Origin: Eledone cirrhosa
Taxonomy: Eukaryota
Direction of reading: 5' to 3'
Length of the DNA stretch: 64,000 nt
Assembly: GCA_964016885.1 (NCBI GenBank)
Contig: OZ024743.1
Span: forward strand, 147,870,001 to 147,934,000
A program made the translations under genes and the position numbers. The notes under the pieces were generated by a model. It did not search any database. It worked only from the letters and a program-made list of their open reading frames with translations, and was not told where the DNA came from. Shown one piece after another: positions 54,638-64,000 of this stretch. Each line of letters begins with the position of its first letter. The first letter of the stretch is position 1.

Positions 54638-54705
54638 CTTCTTCTTCTTCTTCTTCTTCTTCTTCTTCTTCTTCTTCTTCTTCTTCTTCTTCTTCTTCTT
54701 CTTCA
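54535..54705. repeat. Compound trinucleotide microsatellite (TAT)(TGT)(CGT)(TGT)(TCT)
   Basis: Direct reading. Confidence 0.97.
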
Positions 54706-55467
54706 TCCTTCCTTCCTGTTGTTATTTTTATTGATGATGAAAATGATGTTGTTTTTGTTGTTATTGTTAGTATTATGAATATTATTAAAGTAGTTTTTTT
54801 TTGTTGTCATTTATTGTTGTCATTTTTGTTTTGTCATTGTTGTTATGTGACATATACGTTGTTTTTATTAATACTAGTTTTAGATTCCATTTCGTTTACA
54901 TTTTTTGCATTATATTGTTATTTTTATTTTCCATCGGTTTTGACATTTTTTTATCTCCGTAAAGTAAGAGAATTAAAATGACCCGTTCCACCTTTCTAGA
55001 AATTTCTAAACATTAGGATGACAGGGCAAGTGTGTGTGTTTTAATAGGAATAAGAGTATGTGCATATGTAAACATATGCATGGTTATGTATATGTAAAGT
55101 CAATGATAGCGAGATTTATATATGTATGTATAATCTCATAAATCGACATAGCTACAAACGTAAACATGCGATACATATATATACATACGAACATTCATGT
55201 ATATATATATATAAAAATATAATATATATATATATATATATATATCCAAGGAGTGTAACGTGAAGTTACTGTAGGTGAGCACTCGATCTTTAGGTTCACG
55301 TCAGTGGCGAGGTGTAGAACTAGCAGAGGTCCGACAAGCTTTTGACTCCAGAGTCAGGTCAGATCGATACAGATCGAAGCTTGCGCGTCACCAATTAATA
55401 AACGTAATGAAAGCTTGACAAATCGTCCTTGTATTATTATATATATATATATATATATATATATCAT

Positions 55468-55677
55468 AATTGTTTCTACTTTAGGCACGAGGCCAGCAAA
55501 TTACCAGTGCATTACTGGTACTTTATTTTATCGACTTCGTAAGGATGAAAGGCAAAGTCAACCTGAGTTCAAATCCCGCCGAGGTTGACTTTGCCTTTCA
55601 TCCTTACGGGGTCGATAAAATAAAGTACCAGTAATGCACTGGTTAATTGCTGACCTTGTGCCTAAAGTAGAAACAAT
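55468..55677. mobile_element. Head-to-head inverted pair of truncated SINEs inside (TA)n
   Basis: 55468-55563 (-) and ~55563-55677 (+) are both 3' halves of the SINE. Confidence 0.92.
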
Positions 55678-55680
55678 TAT

Positions 55681-55722
<42 letters not shown>

Positions 55723-56188
55723 CCACGTTTCCACATCACACAAATCAGACACACACACACGCGTATCCTCACATACACATATTCGGACTCCGGACTCCGC
55801 ACGCCCTCTCTCCACCACCCTACCGACCCTTTCCATCCACACGCTCACACACACTGACTTACACCCCATGTACACACCGGTTTTCCTATTACCCGAACAT
55901 GGAACATCGTTCTTTCCCAAACTCTCACACTCACATCCACACATACACACACACACACACGTACACCTACACACATACGCACACATCATCTTCCGCCCTA
56001 CCCGCTCGGACCCTCTGTTTCCTTCTCCCCTTTCCCCATTCCATCCACCCACCACCACCCCTACACGTCTCACACCCTTTCACCACTTGTTTTTTTTTTT
56101 TTTCCTTCCTTTTAATTTTCCCCCCTTTTAATGTCTTTCCACCACTCACTCTCATACCCTCGGGACTCTTTCCCTTCCCACTTTTCTC

Positions 56189-56216
56189 CTGCTGAAGGGC
56201 TTATGCCCGAAACGTC
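56189..56216 (+). ncRNA. Degenerate minimal hammerhead-like motif
   Basis: CTGCTGA-a-GGGC-ttat-GCCC-GAA-ACGT-C. The core has A6C and there is no clear stem I. Confidence 0.45.
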
Positions 56217-57091
56217 GTTCCCCACCTCCCACTCTCAAGCGTGAACTAATACCAAGACTTTTTGTACTGCACTTTTCGTTATTGTTTTTGTTTTTTAAGA
56301 TATATATATATATATATGAACAGAAAATAGAAGCTTTCACCGTATTTTTTTTACTGAAGAAATGCTAGGCCTGATATTGGTGCTTAGAACCCTCTAAGAA
56401 ATGGAAAAAGGAGAGTATCGACGTACATGTTCATAAATACTTATTTTGTTTTTCAGGCTAAATTTTTTTTAGTCAGAAATGCGACGAAATATTATATTTC
56501 TGGCAATATTATTACAACAATATGACCCTCCCCAAGTGTAACAATATATATATATATTTATATATACTTTTTATCTTACTTGTTATTTATATTCATACTT
56601 GTAATTGGATAACAATTAATATTACCCCCATTTTATATATATGTATGCGTCGCCAATAGAAACCACAAGTTACCCACATACTAATATATATATTAGTATG
56701 GAAGTAACTTGTGGTTGCTGTTGGTGACGCAGGTAAAAACCCTCGATGCTATTACCGTATCTCGTTGGCTGTGCTCCAGGTTTAAGTTTGCAGAGTTTAT
56801 ATAAATTGACAATAAGAATTACAGCTTTTTGTAAACTTTCATATTACAATTGTTTCTATATCGATCAGCCCGGGTTTGATCATATAAATGGCTGATTCAC
56901 GTGTGTTTTTTTCCTCGTTATTTTTTCCGTTCCTTCCACTCCTCACTCTTTATCTTTCTGTTTTATCTTTTATTTCTAATTCTAAATTCTGATGAAGAAT
57001 TAGTTTTAAAAGATGTTAATTTTCCTTGTTATTTTAAGCGTTAAACTAATATATTTCCGCAACGTAGCGTGTGGTTGCTTCTATTTACTTT

Positions 57092-57158
<67 letters not shown>

Positions 57159-57325
57159 GATAGATATATATAAATGAATAACCAAAGATTTTATAGTTCA
57201 AATCAATTTCTTTGATTGAACTATAAATCGAGTTTTTATGGACTGTAATGTTCCATAAGTGATTATTAATAAACTGAACTTTAATGCGCTTGGTAAGGAA
57301 TGTGTCATATACCCACGCCAATTGA

Positions 57326-57386
<61 letters not shown>

Positions 57387-57870
57387 ATATTTATTTATAT
57401 ATATATATAACCCGGAATAACGTATACATATATATATGTGTGTATGTGTGTGTATATATACAATATATAGAAATATATACATACATATACATGCATGTAT
57501 ATATGTATGTGTGTGTATTATTAAAATCTAGAACATAAGTCTGTCAAATAAAATTGGTCTCAGATTATTACTTTCCTTTGCTTCGAGACTTAAATTTCGT
57601 AATTTTATTAAACCTAAAGCAACATAAAGTTATATACAAAGAAAAACATACCTACGAACAAATTAAGGATCATATATACTGAAACACATAAACGACCCTT
57701 ATATTTAATTTTAATATTATTAACAAGTACTCTGACATAAATCTTTCTACTGTATGTCAAACCACACTCTCCTACTGTCCTGTTCACTATATATTTATAT
57801 ATATATATATATATATATACACGCACCACGCACATATACATGCAACAATCACACGCACACACACATATAA

Positions 57871-57948
<78 letters not shown>

Positions 57949-58154
57949 GAGTAGGAGCAGGAACAGAGACAGAATGAGTCAACAGATATAAATATATTTA
58001 TATTTATTAATATATTTCTTGTACATGTACATATACAGATATATAGACATATTCCTATATATGCATATTAATATATATATGTGCGTGTGTATATATATAT
58101 ACACCCAAAGTGAGAGTGAAAGAAAGATTCTAAAAAGGATTTATACTCACACAT

Positions 58155-58202
<48 letters not shown>

Positions 58203-58270
58203 ATGTGTGAGTATAAATCCTTTTTAGAATCTTTCTTTCACTCTCTCTTTTTATCTCCGCCGGTCTCTCC

Positions 58271-58331
<61 letters not shown>

Positions 58332-58352
58332 TATCTCTCTTTATATATACGG

Positions 58353-58424
<72 letters not shown>

Positions 58425-58907
58425 TTAAGTAACAGCCGTACTAAGAGTGGGAAATGAAATTTCGTTTCATTTTTTCCGTTTATATATATATATATTTATA
58501 TATATATACATATCTACATACAGAAATATAAATATATAATATGTATGCATTTTCACGTTTCCGATTTGGTTGGCCAATGTAAAAAAGTAATCGGAGGAAA
58601 AAATATTACAAATTACTGTCATAAAAAATATATATAACGTGTTTTAATTTTTCTTCATTACAAATTTATATGTTTCTATGCAAATTTGCTTCGCTGTCTA
58701 TCTAATGCCAACACTTTTATATATTTCTTATAAAACTACAATTTCACAATTGTTGTTGTATTCTATGAAGGTCTATGCAGCAGAACTTCTAATATTTATT
58801 TAATAGAATATAATAATTATTTGTTGTATTGTTATTTAAATAATACAGAGGTCCAGATGTTTTTAAAATAACGATTGTATATATTTATATATTTATATAT
58901 TTATAAT

Positions 58908-59062
58908 AATTATTTCTATTATAGGCACAAGTCCAGCAATTTGAGGGGAGGGAAAAGTCGATTAAATCGACCCCTGTGCATGACAGGTACTGTATTTTAT
59001 CGACTCCGTAACGCTGATAGGCAAAGCTAACCCTGGAGGGTTTTGAACTCAGAGTGTAAAGG
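58908..59062 (-). mobile_element. Diverged 5'-truncated SINE
   Basis: aggcacaag.ccagcaatt...ttttatcgac.ccgtaa...tttgaactcaga. Confidence 0.8.
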
Positions 59063-59111
<49 letters not shown>

Positions 59112-62100
59112 TTTCTTTATTAACCACAAGGGTTTACATAAAGTAGACATTAAGGACAGTGCAGGACAATACAGGACGGTACAAATGGGCATTTCTGCGT
59201 GTAAAAAACAAAAACAGAGGGTGTAACAAAAAATAACAATGAAAAATTCCCCAATAGGGGGGAGACACCGGAGGGACATTTGTGGAGAAAGCCCAGTAAA
59301 AAGCCACAATGACCCTGACCGCCAAGGCAAGTGCCCTCTCCCAGTTTTCCACCTTTAATATACTCAGAGTAGGCCCATTCACTCGGGCCAATCTTGCTTC
59401 TCTCACCCATCTTTCAACAAAATGCTGGGAAGAGAGCACTTCCCTCTCTACTCTGATTTTCCTTTTCAAATGAAATTTGAAAAAGTCAATCAGGGCATCA
59501 CCGCAGAGGTAAGTGCTCGTCTTCAGCCCTCTCAAACGTGTCCACCATACTATCTCTTTCGCCATGGCCACCAGACAGATAAAAACTGCCTGCCCTTCCC
59601 GGCTAAAGGAGGAGGGCGGGACAATCCTCACGATGGACTCAGCTGATAGCTGGATCCGTCCTACACGTGACAGCAGGTGTTCGACATAAACCCACAAGTC
59701 AGAAATGCTCGGACACTGGACGAGTGCGTGCAGGACGGTTTCGTCGCCCTGCGCGCATCACGGACATGGCCGGCTGACGGCACCTCCATGACTGTAGAGT
59801 TTATCCTGAACTGGCAAAGCTCCTCGGTAGCACTGCCAGGCCAGGGATTTCTGGAAGCTGTCCATAGGCCCCGGCCCGAAAGTTCTTCCGAAGAGATTGG
59901 CTAGTTGATTTTCGTCGACGCCTAGAGTTTCCCCAAGTACGTCGTCACTCTTCCCCTCCACTAATCCTCTATAGAACGCCAAGGTGGATTTTCCACCGAT
60001 CACATTGCCCGATTGGTCGAGGGGTGTGAGCGCCTGAAGACATTCCAGTCTCCAAGCGCTCCCTCTCGGTCTTCGCTTGACCCAGGACTGCAGCTCCGTC
60101 AAAGAGACGAGCTGGGGAAAGACGTGTCTAGCAAACGGCGACCATACCTGATCACCGTCGAGGAAAAGGTGGAGATGTCGTAGCCTGAGCGCGTGTCTGC
60201 GCATCATAAGCCAGGAATGCCCAGCCCTCCACGTAGCGGGTGTTGACCACAGATGGACCGCTTGACCATCGGAGCCCGTCCCTTCCACAAAAAGCGAAAG
60301 AGCAAACGCTCCAGCGCGGTCAGGCAGGGCTTAGGACAAGGTACGACGGTCAGGCGGTAGTAGATGACGGACGTGATATACGCGTTAGCCACCTCCGCTC
60401 GACCTTTCAGGGATAGCTTCCTCTGCGCCCATTTCTGGGTGAGAGAAGCCACTCTGCTCGTCACCTCGTCCCAGTTTATGTCCGTCTGGAGGTCCGGACC
60501 GAACCAGACCCCTAGCAATTTAACCGGTCCGTCCGTCGCTGTTCGACGGCATGGACCTGCCTCTCCAGGTGCCGAGCTGCAGGCCCACTGACTTTTTCTG
60601 GTTGATCATTGGTCCTGTCACCGCTTCGTATTCTCTTAGTGTAGTGCCGATCGCCTCGATGTGATTGGCGTTCGACACCACTACGGTGACATCTATCGCA
60701 TATGCTGACACGGATCTTCCGTATCCTAATTCGCGCGGGACCCACCTCAACGTCTCCAATTTGTGCAGTAATGGTTCGAGAGTTAATACGTACAAGAGGG
60801 ATGAGAGGGGACATCCTTGGCGGACCAAGCGCATGATGTTGGACGGTTCCGAAAGGTGACCGATCACTCTCACCACAGAAAAGATGTCGCTGTGCATGGT
60901 AGCGATCCAGCCTCTGAAGACGGGCCCAAAGCCAGCCGCCCTCAGGGCTGCCACTAGGTAACGATGGTCGACCCTATCGAAAGCTTTCGACTGATCTAAA
61001 TTGATCAAGGACCCACCCGTACCAGGTTCCCTAGCTACCCTCTCTACGATGTATCGCATGAGGTGGAGGTTGTCGTGGATGGATCTGTCGGGAATGGCGC
61101 ACGTCTGCGTCTCTCCCACCAGACCACCAACGACAAGTGCTAACCTCTTTGCAAGCACCTTGGCCAAAATCTCGAACTCTGTGTTTAGCAGAGTTATGGG
61201 CCTGAAATTATCTATGTTATCCCCCTTATTTGGATCCTTTCTCAGCAGCGCCACAGCTCCTCGGCTCACAGAGCTGGGAATTCTCCCGTTCTGTTGCCAG
61301 TTGCAGTAGACGTCCGCCAAGAGGCCTCCGAACAAGTCTGGCATCTGTACATAAAGTTCATAGGGCAGACCATCCAAACCAGGCGATTTACCCTTGGTGC
61401 AGCCAGTCATTGCCTCCCGTACATCAGCGGCTGTTATCGGCTTTTCGCAACACTCCGCCTCACTGGCCGAGAGCCTCGGCAGTCCGTTGATGTAGACACT
61501 AAAGTCCATCCCTCGATTCGGCCCGCCGCTGCCCCCGAACAGCTGGGCGAAGTGTCGCTGGAAAGCTTCACACATTTGCCCGGGATCGAGTAGGATGTGC
61601 CCGTCGTTGTCCACCAAAGACCGGATCGTGGCTTTGTTGCCACGACGCGCCTCCGCCACTCGGACCCATTGAACGGCTTTCGTCCCTTCGTGTCTGAGAG
61701 CATGCACCCTAGCTCTGACAACGCAGCCTTCGTGCTTTGCATTGAAGAATTGGTCAATGGCCAATTTCGCCGCAAGTGCGTCGGCGCGATGCCTTCACTA
61801 AGCGCCTCGTCTAATTTTCTAACTAATTCTCCCTCTGCTCTATTTTTCTCTATTGCTAAAGCCTTACTAAACCTAATGGACTCTATTCTAATTGCTCTTT
61901 TCAGAGCAAACCACCACTTGTTGACGATGGCTCCCGTCAACGCCCGCTTAACTAGTTCGCTAATCCGGTCTCTGTAGTCCTTCCGCGCTGGTAAGGACGC
62001 GTTTAGCTTCCAGTAGCTGGGTCATCGTCTATGAAGCCTATCTAAGTCAAGCACACAGATCACGAATTTGTGGTCTGTGTAGCTGACTATCTTGAATTGT

Positions 62101-64000
62101 GGACAGCCTATGCTAGACCTATCTATTTCCCTACAAAATACTCTATCTAGATATGATCTGGATGACCCTATGCGATTTGTTCAAGTCCACATTGGCACAT
62201 TCGGGAAATCCAATCGGTACCTGTCAGACAGTTCAAAACGCTTGAGCAGGTTGGTGAGGCTCTTGCACCCTCCTCCCCTATCCGCTAATCCCACACAGTC
62301 CCAGCGTGCATTTAAGATCCCGTTCCAGTAGCCCACTAACACTAAAGAGCGGGACGTTCCAAGAAAGGTCTCCAGACGCCGGAAGAAATCAGGCCGCCCT
62401 GCTCCTGTCGGGGCATAGACGGCCACTAGCCTGAAAGCTTTCCCGTCTCCGCTGGTCACGTCCAGCACCACCAACTTACCCTCTGGGTCCAGGAAGATGG
62501 CCCGTATGGCGAGATCCAAAACTCTCCGAAAAAGCACAGCAGCTCCACCCCCCGATCCAGGACGGCTGGGGGATGCGTACACATCGTAGCCGCCGTGCTT
62601 CGGAGATTCTGGTCTCGCTGATGGCCACTACATATATGTTAATGACCTGAGGTCGTTGAGCAGGTGCTTCCATGACGACCCCAAGCCACGCGCATTTATG
62701 CTGCCCATTCTGAGTGAGGTCATGTTGAAATGGAGTGGTAAAGATGGGAAAGACCACTTACCTTACTTCTCATAGAGGAAAGATGGTTTCTCCATCCTTT
62801 TCACTGCTTCTGGCCTCCTCCGGAAGGATGTCCTTATAAATCCTCCTGGAGAGTGCTTGTCGGAAGTCTCCGATGTCTTTGGGGAATTTTTGTTTTAGTG
62901 TCGTGTACGTTTTCTGTGTGATGCGAGTGATTTGTATGTGTGGAGGTGGTGTGAAATTTTGGGTTGTTGTGTAGTCTTTTTCTGTGATGCTGGTGTTGTG
63001 TTGGATGTAGTGTAATAATTGGTAGTTGTTCAAATTTATTGCTGTGTAGTGTGTATCGTTTTGGTTCTTTTGTTTTGTTTGCGTTTGTTGTGGTTTTGTT
63101 TCTGTTTCGCTTTTTAATTACTTTTGTGGTGTTGGTGATGGTGGTGTTGGGGTTAATGATGGTGATGGTGTTGGTGTTCGTGGTGATGGGGTTGGTGATG
63201 CTGGTGTGGATGGTGGCATTGCTGTCCTAACTTTTTTGTTTGATAGTTTATTTGTTTCCCTCTGTATTTTGTTATTGTAGGCGGAAGGAAGGGGATTTTT
63301 TCTTTTTTGGTTTCTTTTTCTTTTTTTTCGCTTTTTCTGATACCGTTTCCCACTCCTCGTCGTCACAATCTGTCTCCAGATGCGATAGGTCGGGAAGTGG
63401 AAAATCCTCCACAGGCGTTGGTTTTGGTTGTGGCGTGATGGATGGTGTAGGCGCTGGTGCTAGTTCTGGCCCTTTGGGTGGTGGTAGCGTTGGTTTTGCT
63501 ACTGTTGCTGGGGTTGTTGCTGTTACAGTTGCTTCTGTTGTTGCTGCTACCGTTGTTGCTGCCATTTCTGCTGCTGGTGGTGTTAATTGTTGAGTGACTG
63601 GGGTGGGTAAGAGAGGTGGCCTCAACCTTTTAGCCTGAGGGCAGAAAGCCCTTAGGTGGGTTCCTTCACCACAAACGCCACACCTAGGCCTTCTGCCCTC
63701 GACGATTACGGTGAGGTGGCTGCTGTCAACGAGGTCTATTACCTCTGGGATCTCCTCAATGCTTTTTTGGTCCACTTGGATCAGGAGCTCCATCCCAGAT
63801 CCGGACCAGTTCTCCTGCTTTTCTTTCGCTATTTCGATTATCTTGGTGTTGGCTTCGATGCCGGCGAGGACCGCAGCCATTAGCCAGGGAATTTCGATGG
63901 CCGGTGGAACGTGGGTCACCCTGATCTCCACGAGTCTCTAGCTACAATAGCTTGGGACGAGTGTGAAGTTGTGTCACTTCTTAATGGGGCCATGGAGTGT
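59063..64000 (-). mobile_element. Tx1/L1-type LINE copy D (same subfamily as A), with ORF1 and frameshifted ORF2, running off the window
   Basis: (TTA)n tail at 59063-59109. ORF2 APE/RT/Zn-finger pieces span 59134-62723, with the RT YADD mutated to YAID. ORF1 63272-63931 contains CGVCGEGTHLRAFC. Confidence 0.95.

Noticed and set aside
55248-55432. TA-flanked element with GAAAGCTT, a possible hammerhead
   Set aside because: No CUGANGA core in register on either strand.

Overview
Eukaryotic, AT-rich, repeat-dense window with no recognisable host exon or intact protein-coding gene. The heavy (TA)n/(AAT)n microsatellite load and a tRNA-derived SINE with a Nin/Deu-type core suggest a cephalopod (Octopus-like) genome; this is inference only. 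All meaningful ORFs are decayed transposon genes: stacked Tx1/L1-type LINEs (34.4-44.0 kb and 59-64 kb on the minus strand, plus older fragments), an R4/Dong-type REL LINE (44.0-46.7 kb), a CRE-like REL fragment, RTE-like fragments and an internally deleted mariner. The most striking unexplained signal lies mainly in 2-22 kb. At least five sequence-unrelated families of short, non-coding, fold-back or partially tandem elements sit in or next to (TA)n tracts. Each carries a minimal type I hammerhead ribozyme (CUGANGA...GAAA, usually with a short palindromic stem III and an NUH site), as in Penelope-like element pLTRs and retrozymes. One family shows compensatory base changes between copies. Intact ribozymes are almost all on the minus strand, while most plus-strand copies carry inactivating changes. 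Structures and coordinates were read by eye, and element boundaries are approximate.
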